Origin: a virus
Reading direction: 5' to 3' (one strand)
Virus record (IMG/VR): IMGVR_UViG_3300022188_000226
Location: 52,258-116,257 of that record
DNA: 64,000 nucleotides
Position numbers and translations under genes: made by a program. Below are positions 48,886-57,623 of this stretch, in pieces; the first letter of the stretch is position 1, and each line of letters opens with the position of its first letter. The notes below the pieces were generated by a model. That model worked only from the letters and a program-made list of their open reading frames with translations, was not told where the DNA came from and did no database searches.

Positions 48886-48924
48886 GTCAATAACTCCTAC
48901 CCTAAAGGGATAGGGGTTTCCTTG
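48886..48924 (+). repeat. short palindromic IS200/IS605-end-like element, copy 2 (may also act as terminator)
   Basis: GTCAATAACTCCTACCCTAAAGGGATAGGGGTTTCCTTG. Confidence 0.5.
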
Positions 48925-48950
48925 TCGATTTTTTAGGAAAAACATTATCA

Positions 48951-49148
48951 ATGAATAATTTTTGCAACTGTAAAGATTGGTTTGAGTTGAAAGACAATAA
49001 TAGATCTATTGTAAAGTGGGACCCGGCCTATGGCTGGGTCTTAAATTGGATAGAATTGACTGAGGATGATGGTTATACCCAAGTTCATAGGTACGGTATA
49101 CCTATTAAATTTTGCCCTATGTGTGGCTGTCCAGTGAAATGCCCATAG
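48951..49148 (+). CDS. small zinc-binding hypothetical protein
   Basis: CNC...IKFCPMCG, AGGA RBS. Confidence 0.65.
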   Translation: MNNFCNCKDWFELKDNNRSIVKWDPAYGWVLNWIELTEDDGYTQVHRYGIPIKFCPMCGCPVKCP

Positions 49149-49210
49149 ATTAAAAAAAATCTGTTGGTTTTCTCTGACATCTTTTATAAAGAATTCTTAA
49201 GGACTGATAA

Positions 49211-49681
49211 ATGAGTAACAGAGATGAAAAGAGAACTGACAAAGTCACCCTAGATATAGAATTCAAAGATCTAGTAGATATGGTTTCTAGGTCTAAAGCC
49301 CCGCTCATATCCGGAACTTATTCTAACCATATGATAGAAGGGGAGGAGCTTAAAAAAGCATGGTTCCAACATGTACTAATCAGTATGGAGAAACTAGGGG
49401 ACACCATCCAAGAAGTACGTACAAAGGATTTAGTAGCACTAAGGAAAGAGCTTAAATCGGAATTTCAAAAGGACATACAGCGAGTTGAGGCTAACGTAAT
49501 CAAAGACGAAGATGCCTTTGAGATTTATAAGAAAGAAACTATTAAACCGATTCACGATAAGTTAACAGTGCTTGTTACTAGACTAGCAACGTGGAGCGTG
49601 TTAGCTGGTTTTATTGGTAGCGGTTTAATGTGCTTGCTTATGTACTTGGCCAAGGAATACTTCTTTAAAGGAGGACCGTAA
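49211..49681 (+). CDS. coiled-coil protein with C-terminal transmembrane helix
   Basis: Hydrophobic LATWSVLAGFIGSGLMCLLMYLA. Confidence 0.7.
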   Translation: MSNRDEKRTDKVTLDIEFKDLVDMVSRSKAPLISGTYSNHMIEGEELKKAWFQHVLISMEKLGDTIQEVRTKDLVALRKELKSEFQKDIQRVEANVIKDEDAFEIYKKETIKPIHDKLTVLVTRLATWSVLAGFIGSGLMCLLMYLAKEYFFKGGP

Positions 49682-49694
49682 GGGAAAATTAAAT

Positions 49695-50168
49695 ATGATT
49701 GATGAGCTAAAAAAATTAAGAGAATTAACTGAAACTCTGACAGGAAATGGTTATTTACGAGATCAAGCTGAAGAATGGGAATACGCTTTGGACGCTATTC
49801 CTAACCCTATTTACATCATCAACCATAAGTTTATGATTAAGTTTGTTAATAAGGCGTTTGTAAAAAGATTTAGTGTTGAAAAAAAAGATTGTTTGGACAA
49901 AACATGTTACTATTTTATTACAGAACATGAAGCAGGGGATATACCTGAAGATTACATAAATGAAATAGTTATGGACTCAGAGCCTTTACTTAAAGAAAGG
50001 TATATAGAGAAATTAAACGGGTGGTTTGACATAAACAGATCTCCTATTTACACAGTTACTAATAAATTTCTTGGTTATATATGTGTGTTACAGGATGTTA
50101 CTGATAAAAAACTAGCGATAGATAAATTACATCTGTTAGTTGGAAGTGAGTTAGTAGAGAGTAGATAA
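49695..50168 (+). CDS. stand-alone PAS/PAC domain protein
   Basis: EWEYALDAIPNPIYII...VNKAF...KTCY...WFDINRSPI...GYICVLQDVTDKK. Confidence 0.88.
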   Translation: MIDELKKLRELTETLTGNGYLRDQAEEWEYALDAIPNPIYIINHKFMIKFVNKAFVKRFSVEKKDCLDKTCYYFITEHEAGDIPEDYINEIVMDSEPLLKERYIEKLNGWFDINRSPIYTVTNKFLGYICVLQDVTDKKLAIDKLHLLVGSELVESR

Positions 50169-50205
50169 ATCAACTTTATACTTAAGAGTATAACGGTTAT
50201 AAGAG

Positions 50206-50565
50206 GTGCGTAAAATAAGAATTTTAATACTTGAAGATGACGGATTTAGGGTACGGTTTTTTATAGAACGTTTCGGTCACCATGAATTAAAAATAACAGA
50301 GAATGCTAATAACGCTATTGAATTTCTTAAAGAATTCACATTCGATTATTTATTTCTCGATAATGATTTAGGACAAGGTAATGGTGAGGGTATAGATGTG
50401 GCCGAGTTTCTGCACCATAACACAGAAAATCCAAATAACTACGCTATCACTATTATCCATTCATGGAATCGGCCTGCTACAGATCAAATCAAAGCACGAT
50501 TACCTAACGCAGTGGCCGCTCCGTTTAATACCGAACATTTTAATAATTTAAAACTTGACATATAG
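50206..50565 (+). CDS. receiver-fold protein, cyclic-phosphate-processing receiver (cREC)-like
   Basis: ILILEDD, LFLDNDLG, G.DVA, IIHSWN; conserved Lys-Pro replaced by AAP. Confidence 0.75.
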   Translation: MRKIRILILEDDGFRVRFFIERFGHHELKITENANNAIEFLKEFTFDYLFLDNDLGQGNGEGIDVAEFLHHNTENPNNYAITIIHSWNRPATDQIKARLPNAVAAPFNTEHFNNLKLDI

Positions 50566-50582
50566 GATTTAGTGTTTATATT
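50554..50582 (+). promoter_or_regulatory. phage consensus promoter
   Basis: CTTGACA-N16-TATATT. Confidence 0.75.
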
Positions 50583-50641
50583 ATATTGACGTTAGGATTT
50601 ACTAGATAATCTAGTGATCCATACTACCATTAGGAGGGGTA

Positions 50642-50884
50642 ATGTCAGAGGAATTCGACAATTGTGCTAGGAACGGTGGCAAAATAAGGACAAAGAAGTT
50701 AAAGAATAATAAATACATACGTACTTGTTATGATAAAGATGGTAACTCGTATACCGGAGAAGTTATGGATAAAAAGAAAAAATCCAAGGCTAAAAAATTT
50801 CATAAAAGGAAAGGCGGGCCAAAGGATTTGAATGAATCGTTGTTGGGATTGAAGAAGTATTACGATGAGTGTTACCATAATTAA
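50642..50884 (+). CDS. small basic hypothetical protein
   Basis: AGGAGG RBS, Lys-rich. Confidence 0.7.
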   Translation: MSEEFDNCARNGGKIRTKKLKNNKYIRTCYDKDGNSYTGEVMDKKKKSKAKKFHKRKGGPKDLNESLLGLKKYYDECYHN

Positions 50885-50896
50885 AAGGAGGGGCCC

Positions 50897-51382
50897 ATGA
50901 ACAGATTTATAGAAATTGACGATGGAGTTGTTGAAGTATTTTTAGCCATTCTTGAAGAACGTTTTCCTAGTTTGGCACAATTAAAAATTAAATTAGTTTT
51001 TGATACTAAGAAAAGAATGAAACAGGGTGAGATTTGTTTGGCTAGTACTGAATTGGCTAATGAAAAGATTAAATTCTTTTCTAAAGATGATGTTGCTATT
51101 GAGGGTTACGATATTGTAATTGTACTTGATATGAAGGCTTGGGGATTAGCTAGTGCTGAAGACCGCAAACGTATTATGTCTCACGAACTTCGTCATGTAC
51201 TTATTACAGAAGAAGGGAAAGTCAAGATACTTCCACACGATATTTCTGACTTTAGAATTGAACAAAAACTTAATCAAGAAAACCCAGACTGGTCATTTAA
51301 ACTTGTAGTACTTGTGGATGATATTTATAAGCAAGAAAAAGAAATGGTAAAACAGGGTAAACAAACTAAAAAGGGAGGGTAG
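50897..51382 (+). CDS. putative phage metallopeptidase (HExxH)
   Basis: W......RKRIMSHELRH...ILPHDI..F. Confidence 0.75.
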   Translation: MNRFIEIDDGVVEVFLAILEERFPSLAQLKIKLVFDTKKRMKQGEICLASTELANEKIKFFSKDDVAIEGYDIVIVLDMKAWGLASAEDRKRIMSHELRHVLITEEGKVKILPHDISDFRIEQKLNQENPDWSFKLVVLVDDIYKQEKEMVKQGKQTKKGG

Positions 51383-51384
51383 TA

Positions 51385-51714
51385 ATGACAGACGACATTC
51401 AAAAAGATAGTGTAGTTGATTTGTCTGATTTAACTCCAGAAGAGCAGGAAAGTGCTTGGGAAGACTGGGTAAGGAATGAAGTTAATTCAGCCTTAGATAT
51501 CTATTTACCTATTTCTAAAATTGGACATGTTAACCTTAGTTATAGTGCTGTTGTTTTAGAGCAGACGGAAGCTGGACCAGTGTTCAGTGACAATTTGAAA
51601 GACGCTGTAATGATCTCTTTGGTCTTTGATTTTAAAGATCCAGTTGATATTACGAAACCTAGAATTAACGATGACGATGAAGAAGTTGTTCCAGACGAAC
51701 CAGGCACAGAATAG
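51385..51714 (+). CDS. acidic hypothetical protein
   Basis: GGGAGG RBS. Confidence 0.7.
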   Translation: MTDDIQKDSVVDLSDLTPEEQESAWEDWVRNEVNSALDIYLPISKIGHVNLSYSAVVLEQTEAGPVFSDNLKDAVMISLVFDFKDPVDITKPRINDDDEEVVPDEPGTE

Positions 51715-51723
51715 GAGTGATAG

Positions 51724-52308
51724 ATGGCAGATGGACTGATCTACTTCATTGATGGTGAGCTTGTTGCCAAACATGGAGAAGCACACGTATACAAAATGAA
51801 CGAAGAGCTTTTTCTTGAAATCGGACCTGGGCATACACTCTGGGCGTTGGAGAGCGAGCTTAAGGACTACATAGTACAGCTAGATGATCTTCCAAAGGGG
51901 CGTTACTTGGAGATCGGCTTAGGGTTAGGGGTTGTATCACGGTACCTATTAACATTCCCACAGGTAGAACATCTTACTACTGTAGAAATTAATCCAGACG
52001 TTGTTGCTGTCCATGCTAAAATTAAAGAAGAGGATCGTAACCTAATTCGGACATACGATCCAGAAAGGCATAGGATTCTTAATGCAGATGGTATTTTATA
52101 CGCATATCAAACCAAACAAAGATATGACTTTGTTTTTATAGACTGTTACGATTGTATTGATGAAGAAACTTTACCTTTAATAGCAGATATGTATGCTGCA
52201 TGTTCTAGAATTTTAAAACCTGGCGGAAAGATTACAGCATGGTTAGATAAATATACCCCTGAACCATATTACACAGCATTTGAACGAATTAAGTCACAGT
52301 ATCAGTAA
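51724..52308 (+). CDS. spermidine-synthase-like / class I SAM-dependent transferase
   Basis: YLEIGLGLG, TTVEINPDV, ADG, YDFVFID, LKPGG. Confidence 0.8.
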   Translation: MADGLIYFIDGELVAKHGEAHVYKMNEELFLEIGPGHTLWALESELKDYIVQLDDLPKGRYLEIGLGLGVVSRYLLTFPQVEHLTTVEINPDVVAVHAKIKEEDRNLIRTYDPERHRILNADGILYAYQTKQRYDFVFIDCYDCIDEETLPLIADMYAACSRILKPGGKITAWLDKYTPEPYYTAFERIKSQYQ

Positions 52309-52434
52309 CGTAACACGTATGAAGTTAGGGGAGTAGCTTCTCTCCACAAAACAATTGGTAGAAGAGTCTATTAAAATCCCTGGCATGGATTTAGATTTAT
52401 AGCCTTAACTGAGTATACAAAATAGGAGAATAAT

Positions 52435-53826
52435 ATGTCTTACAAAATTTCAGGAAGTATCGGTACAGATAGTAGAATACTGGTTTTCGATGAAACCACT
52501 GGCACGATAACTGGAAACGAATTAGTTTCCAGTGGAGAATACGAAGTTCTAGATGTTGGCGAAGGGGCTAAAACTGTTTTAGCTAGGAAAAGTGACGGTG
52601 AAACGATCGGTTACGGGAATATTTCACCGATATTTTACGAGGGCTCCGGGTTACTATATACTTTGGATAATCCTAATCCGTATGGTACTTCTACAGATGA
52701 TTATTTCGGTATGAGTACCGCTATTGATGGAAATAATTGCATAGTAGGTGCTCGTGGAGAAAGTAATAATATTGGAAAAGCATACATTTTTGACGTAACT
52801 ACCGGAAATTTATTACATACTTTAGATAATCCTAATGCTTATGGTACTTCTTCTGGTGATAATTTTGGTATTAGTGTTGCCATTTCTGGAAATAAATGCA
52901 TAGTTGGTGCTAATTATGAGGATGATGCTGGTGGTGGTAATTCTGGAAAAGCATATATTTTCGACGTAACTACCGGAAATCTTTTACAAACTTTAGATAA
53001 TCCAAATGCTTATGGTACTTCTCAGGACGATCGTTTCGGTTATAGTGTGTCTATTTCTGGAGACAGGTGTATAGTAAGTGCTTTAAGAGAAGACGATGCT
53101 GGTGGAACAACTTCAGGAAAAGCTTACATTTTCAACGTAACTACCGGAGCCTTATTGCAAACTTTGGATAATCCTAATGCGTACGGTACTTCTGCAAGTG
53201 ATTATTTCGGTTGGAGTGTTTCTATTTCTGGAAATAAATGTATAGTAGGTGCCATTTTGGAAGACGAGGCTGGTGGTTCAAGTCCTGGAAAAGCTTATAT
53301 TTTCAACGTAACTACCGGAAATCTATTACATACTTTAGATAATCCTAACGCATACGGTATTTCTGCAGGTGATCAGTTTGGTTACAGTGTCGCCATTTCT
53401 GGGAATAATTGTATAGTGGGTGCTCGTTATGAAGATGATGCTGAGGGTAGTCAGTCAGGAAAAGCATATATTTTCGACGTAACTACCGGAAATCTTTTAC
53501 AAACTTTAGATAATCCTAACGCATACGGTACTTCTGCAACTGATTGGTTTGGTTACAGTGTCGCCATTTCTGGGAATAATTGTATAGTGGGTGCCCATGG
53601 AGAAGATGATACTGGGGGTACCACTTCAGGAAAAGCCTATATTTTCGATGTAATTACTGGAAATTTAGTACGCACGTTAGATAATCCTAATGCGTACGGT
53701 ACTTCTGCAGATGATTGGTTTGGTAATAGTGTCGCCATTTCTGGAGATAATTGTATAGTAAGTGCTCATTATGAAGACGACACTAGCGGAACAAACTCAG
53801 GAAAAGCATATATTTTTGCTGTTTAA
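52435..53826 (+). CDS. FG-GAP repeat beta-propeller protein, paralog 1 (7 repeats)
   Basis: 69-aa N-domain + 7 x ~57-aa TLDNPNAYGTS..D.FG.SVAISG..CIVGA..ED...SGKAYIF. Confidence 0.9.
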   Translation: MSYKISGSIGTDSRILVFDETTGTITGNELVSSGEYEVLDVGEGAKTVLARKSDGETIGYGNISPIFYEGSGLLYTLDNPNPYGTSTDDYFGMSTAIDGNNCIVGARGESNNIGKAYIFDVTTGNLLHTLDNPNAYGTSSGDNFGISVAISGNKCIVGANYEDDAGGGNSGKAYIFDVTTGNLLQTLDNPNAYGTSQDDRFGYSVSISGDRCIVSALREDDAGGTTSGKAYIFNVTTGALLQTLDNPNAYGTSASDYFGWSVSISGNKCIVGAILEDEAGGSSPGKAYIFNVTTGNLLHTLDNPNAYGISAGDQFGYSVAISGNNCIVGARYEDDAEGSQSGKAYIFDVTTGNLLQTLDNPNAYGTSATDWFGYSVAISGNNCIVGAHGEDDTGGTTSGKAYIFDVITGNLVRTLDNPNAYGTSADDWFGNSVAISGDNCIVSAHYEDDTSGTNSGKAYIFAV

Positions 53827-53840
53827 AAAGAAATGATTCA

Positions 53841-54077
53841 ATGAAAATATATAAATTAGATTTACATAGAATGCTCCATAGGGACGTAAGAAGAACAGTT
53901 ATAAGATTTATTGAGGAACATTGGGGAAAACAAACTGAGCTAGAAATAGTTACAGGTAACAGTGCTAAAATGAAAAGTATAGTAATCGATGTTTTAGACG
54001 AATACAAATTAGATTACCAAATAGGCAGACCACTAGATCTTAATAATAAGGGGTACATAATTACATGGATAAGATAA
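53841..54077 (+). CDS. stand-alone Smr-domain protein
   Basis: KLDLH...V.RFI...EIVTGNS..MK..V...L...N.G, 78 aa. Confidence 0.75.
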   Translation: MKIYKLDLHRMLHRDVRRTVIRFIEEHWGKQTELEIVTGNSAKMKSIVIDVLDEYKLDYQIGRPLDLNNKGYIITWIR

Positions 54078-54247
54078 TTTGTGTAAAAACTTATTGTAGA
54101 GGAAAGTTAGTTACTAGTAAAATTTTTGAAGATATTCCGTTGGAATATTGCACAGAGAAAGCAGAGTTTTTGGAGAACGGTATGAGAATAGTAATTTATA
54201 CTGCACCTAAAAATTTAAAAAGATTATTAAAGACGGTACAAATGTAA
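54065..54247 (+). CDS. hypothetical protein
   Basis: Short ORF overlapping the upstream stop. Confidence 0.45.
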   Translation: MDKIICVKTYCRGKLVTSKIFEDIPLEYCTEKAEFLENGMRIVIYTAPKNLKRLLKTVQM

Positions 54248-54274
54248 ATATAATGTGTTTTAGAAAAAAAAATA

Positions 54275-54308
54275 CTTGACAAATGGAAAATATGTATTAT
54301 ATTATAAT
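54275..54308 (+). promoter_or_regulatory. phage consensus promoter
   Basis: CTTGACA-N16-TATATT; identical to the 55606 copy through the -10 box. Confidence 0.85.
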
Positions 54309-54364
54309 CTAATGTGGGAGCGACTTCTATCGCTTCTGTAACTAAGACAAGGGAGGTATTTACT

Positions 54365-54571
54365 ATGTTTGGAGAAATTGTAGCATTAGTTATTGGTGTA
54401 GCAGGCGGAGCAATCGGAATGTTTTTCGTGGCTAAGAACAACGAAGAGAAGTTTACCGCTGCTTTAGGTATTGATTTCGAGCGGATGGTCAATGACCTGC
54501 TAGACAAGACCGAAGTCGATGAAAAAGTTAAGAAATTTATCGACGATGTTAAAGCAAAGTTAAAAAAGTAG
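54365..54571 (+). CDS. small membrane-anchored protein
   Basis: GGGAGG RBS before ATG 54365; IVALVIGVAGGAIGMFFVA helix. Confidence 0.75.
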   Translation: MFGEIVALVIGVAGGAIGMFFVAKNNEEKFTAALGIDFERMVNDLLDKTEVDEKVKKFIDDVKAKLKK

Positions 54572-54603
54572 CTTGACAAACTGAATTTCAGTATTATATT
54601 ATA
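54572..54603 (+). promoter_or_regulatory. phage consensus promoter (tRNA cluster)
   Basis: CTTGACA-N16-TATATT. Confidence 0.85.
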
Positions 54604-54640
54604 AATCGGCTGGGGGCAAAAGTTCCCAGACCCAAGATAA

Positions 54641-54713
54641 TCCAGGGTAGCTCAGCAGGCGGAGCAGACGGCTGTTAACAACCTCGTCGGAGGTTTGAAT
54701 TCTTCTCTCGCAA
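54641..54713 (+). pseudogene. degenerate tRNA-Asn(GTT)
   Basis: TCCAGGGTAGCTCAG..GAGC, CTGTTAA loop, GGTTTGAAT T-loop; 3' strands of anticodon and acceptor stems do not pair. Confidence 0.7.
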
Positions 54714-54726
54714 AAGATAACAACAC

Positions 54727-54800
54727 TGGGGCATGGTGTAAAGGTAGCACACAAGGTTTTGGTCCTTGAAGTCTGGGTTCGATCCCTAGTGCCCCAGCCA
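54727..54800 (+). tRNA. tRNA-Gln(TTG)
   Basis: TGGGGCA/TGCCCCA acceptor, CAAGG-TTTTGGT-CCTTG, TTCGA loop, encoded CCA. Confidence 0.95.
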
Positions 54801-54827
54801 TTAGAGAAAGAATTGTTTAAGACAAAA

Positions 54828-54898
54828 GCGAGTATCGTCCAGTGGTAGGACCTCAGCTTTCCAAGCTGATGACGGGGGTTCAAATCCCTTTACTCGCT
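54828..54898 (+). tRNA. tRNA-Gly(TCC)
   Basis: GCGAGTA/TACTCGC, TCAGC-TTTCCAA-GCTGA, TTCAAAT loop, U73; CCA not encoded. Confidence 0.93.
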
Positions 54899-54937
54899 CA
54901 ATAAAATAAAAATACTGTATGATTTATAGGAGAATAG

Positions 54938-55117
54938 ATGGTAAAACGAATTAATATGAACGATATAGCCCGTGTTGTTGCTTCAAAAGAAGGTGGTAGT
55001 GTTGAAGTAAACATTGCCCAAATTAAAGAGGTCATGAGAATTTTTCTCGAAGAACTTTCTGTTTATGAAGATGATGAAATTCTCGAAGTGGTTAAACGGT
55101 ATAGAAAAGAGGAGTAA
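54938..55117 (+). CDS. small HU/IHF-helical-domain-like protein (59 aa, below ORF-track cutoff)
   Basis: AGGAG RBS; MVKRINMNDIARVVASKEGGSVEVNIAQIKEVMRIFLEELSVYEDDEILEVVKRYRKEE. Confidence 0.6.
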   Translation: MVKRINMNDIARVVASKEGGSVEVNIAQIKEVMRIFLEELSVYEDDEILEVVKRYRKEE

Positions 55118-55195
55118 AATAATGATTTATAGATTAATTTTATCTTGCGGAGGTAGCCCCATGACGTAAAACCCCTATAAAGGAGGTGATAAGTC

Positions 55196-55372
55196 ATGGG
55201 TGAACATAAAAGCGGTAAGAAAAATCGCAAATACGGTCGGTCTGACCGTAGACCTTCGCACACTCGTTATAACATGGAAGAGCGTTGGGCTAAGAATAAA
55301 GCACGTCGTATCGCTAAACAAGCTCGTAAAGAGGCGAAAAAACATGCTAAACTAGCTCACAAGAACGGATAA
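55196..55372 (+). CDS. small highly basic protein (58 aa, below ORF-track cutoff)
   Basis: AAGGAGGTGAT RBS; MGEHKSGKKNRKYGRSDRRPSHTRYNMEERWAKNKARRIAKQARKEAKKHAKLAHKNG. Confidence 0.75.
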   Translation: MGEHKSGKKNRKYGRSDRRPSHTRYNMEERWAKNKARRIAKQARKEAKKHAKLAHKNG

Positions 55373-55386
55373 TAACCTTTTACTAT

Positions 55387-55420
55387 GGGGTCTCCTCTGC
55401 TTTAGGGGGCCCCTTGTTTT
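55387..55420 (+). terminator. rho-independent terminator
   Basis: GGGGTCTCCT-loop-AGGGGGCCCC then TTGTTTT. Confidence 0.75.
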
Positions 55421-55429
55421 AAATTTTTA

Positions 55430-55460
55430 CTTGACAAACGAAAAAGAATGATTATATTAT
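55430..55460 (+). promoter_or_regulatory. phage consensus promoter (tRNA-Pro)
   Basis: CTTGACA-N16-TATATT. Confidence 0.85.
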
Positions 55461-55469
55461 AAAAAGACT

Positions 55470-55541
55470 CGGGATGTAGTCGCGGGGAGCGACGCCTGCT
55501 TTGGGAGCAGGAGGCGGTGAGTTCAACTCTCGCCATCCCGA
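55470..55541 (+). tRNA. tRNA-Pro(TGG)
   Basis: CGGGATG/CATCCCG, CCTGC-TTTGGGA-GCAGG, TTCAACT loop; atypical D arm; CCA not encoded. Confidence 0.88.
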
Positions 55542-55605
55542 CAAATTTACACAGGAGTCAGCACAATAGTTACATATATTTATTTTAAATGTACTGTTTT
55601 TTACA

Positions 55606-55640
55606 CTTGACAAATGGAAAATATGTATTATATTAATAAT
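55606..55640 (+). promoter_or_regulatory. phage consensus promoter (tmRNA)
   Basis: CTTGACA-N16-TATATT. Confidence 0.85.
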
Positions 55641-55693
55641 GTAACTTATTTATAACTGAGGGAGTCCTTTGTTGGATTACCTTTACAAAATAC

Positions 55694-56061
55694 GGGGGTG
55701 AATTGGATTCGACGTGGTGAAAGAAGCTAAAGATTCGATGCGTAGACGGTACAGACTACGTAAAAACTGTGCAAAAATTATAACTTGCAATTCTATACTT
55801 GATTATGCCTGCGAAATGCTTGAGGCTTCTAAGCCACATAGCGTCAATGGCAACGTTATGGCAGCTATTTAGTAGTTGCCATGGGGTTTGTGAGAACCTA
55901 GCAACAGAATCTCACACAATGTTTGATATTAGTAATCTAACACAGTAGGGTATCAATCCCCTTAATGATTGATTGGTGGAGGCCAGCTGTTTTGGCCCTA
56001 TTATCATCGTCAACCCTTTAGAAGAATCATTGCGGACGCGGTTTCGATACCGCCACCTCCA
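55694..56061 (+). ncRNA. ssrA: tmRNA
   Basis: 5' GGGGGTGAATTGGATTCGAC; 3' GACGCGGTTTCGATACCGCCACCTCCA; G3-U70; pk1 (GCGTAG/CTACGT, GTACAG/CTGTGC); ATAACT resume context; tag ORF 55786-55869 ending TAGTAG within hairpin. Confidence 0.95.
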
Positions 56062-56094
56062 CATAACAAATTAACTTACATTTAGGAGATTAAC

Positions 56095-57498
56095 ATGTCT
56101 TATAAAATTTCAGGAAATATCGGTACTGACAGCAGAATACTGGTTTTCGATGAAACCACTGGTACAATAACTGGAAACGAATTAGTTTCCAGTGGAGAAT
56201 ACGAAGTTCTAGATGTTGGAGAAGGGGCTAAAACAGTTTTAGCCAGGAAAAGTGACGGTGAGACGGTTGGTTACGGGAATATCTCACCGATATTTTACGA
56301 GGCTTTCGGATTACTTCATACACTGGATAATCCTAATAAATACGGTACGTCTGAAAGTGATTATTTCGGAGGTAATGTCGCTATTTCTGGAAATAAATGT
56401 ATAGTAGGTGCTCATGCTGAAGATGATGCTGGCGGTACAAGTTCAGGAAAAGCCTATATTTTCGACGTAACTACCGGAAACCTTTTATATACTTTAGATA
56501 ATCCTAATGCATATGGTACTTCTGCAGGTGATTATTTTGGTTACAGTGTCGCTATTTCTGGAGATAAATGTATAGTGGGTGCTTTTCATGAAGATGATAC
56601 CGGCGGTACAAATTCTGGAAAAGCCTATATTTTCGACGTAACTACCGGAAATCTTTTACATACTTTAGATAATCCTAATGCATATGGTACTTCAACAAAC
56701 GATTATTTTGGTACTATTGTCGCTATTTCTGGAGATAAATGTATAGTGAGTACTTATGCAGAAGACGATGCTAGTGGAACAACTTCAGGAAAAGCCTATA
56801 TTTTCGATGTAATTACCGGAAATTTATTACATACTTTGGATAATCCTAATGCATATGGTACTTCAACAAACGATTATTTTGGCGGGGCTGCCGCTATCGA
56901 TGGAAATAAATGTATAGTGAGTGCCAATAGTGAAGACGATGCTGGCGGTACGGATTCAGGAAAAGCCTATATTTTCGACGTAAGTACCGGAAACCTTTTA
57001 CACACTTTAGACAATCCTAATGTATATGGTACTTCTGCACAGGATTATTTCGGTATGTCTGTTGCTATTTCTGGAGATAAATGTATAGTTAATGCTCCTT
57101 ACGAAGACGATGCTAGTGGAACAACTTCAGGAAAAGCCTATATTTTCGACGTAACTACCGGAAACCTTTTATATACTTTAGATAATCCTAATGCATATGG
57201 TACTTCTGAAGGTGATCGTTTCAGTAGCAGTGTAGCTATTTCTGGAGATAAATGTATAGTTGGTGCTCAGTATGAAGACGAGGCTGGAGGATCAAGTTCT
57301 GGAAAAGCCTATATTTTCGACGTAACTACAGGAAATCTTTTACACACTTTAGACAATCCTAATGTATATGGTACTTCTGCACAGGATTATTTCGGTATGT
57401 CTGTTGCTATTTCTGGAGATAAATGTATAGTAGGTGCTTCCGCTGAAGATGACGCTGGTGGAGACTATTCAGGAAAAGCCTATATTTTTGCTGTTTAG
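56095..57498 (+). CDS. FG-GAP repeat beta-propeller protein, paralog 2 (7 repeats)
   Basis: Same N-domain and 171-bp repeat unit as 52435..53826. Confidence 0.9.
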   Translation: MSYKISGNIGTDSRILVFDETTGTITGNELVSSGEYEVLDVGEGAKTVLARKSDGETVGYGNISPIFYEAFGLLHTLDNPNKYGTSESDYFGGNVAISGNKCIVGAHAEDDAGGTSSGKAYIFDVTTGNLLYTLDNPNAYGTSAGDYFGYSVAISGDKCIVGAFHEDDTGGTNSGKAYIFDVTTGNLLHTLDNPNAYGTSTNDYFGTIVAISGDKCIVSTYAEDDASGTTSGKAYIFDVITGNLLHTLDNPNAYGTSTNDYFGGAAAIDGNKCIVSANSEDDAGGTDSGKAYIFDVSTGNLLHTLDNPNVYGTSAQDYFGMSVAISGDKCIVNAPYEDDASGTTSGKAYIFDVTTGNLLYTLDNPNAYGTSEGDRFSSSVAISGDKCIVGAQYEDEAGGSSSGKAYIFDVTTGNLLHTLDNPNVYGTSAQDYFGMSVAISGDKCIVGASAEDDAGGDYSGKAYIFAV

Positions 57499-57623
57499 TA
57501 AACAGTTTTTGTTGACAAAATAAATCTAAGTAAAGGTTTATTAAATAATTTAAGTATTATTAAAAGGAGAAATGACAATTTTTCCAGGATTAAGGTCGTT
57601 GGTTCTTTTGTCATAAATAACCT

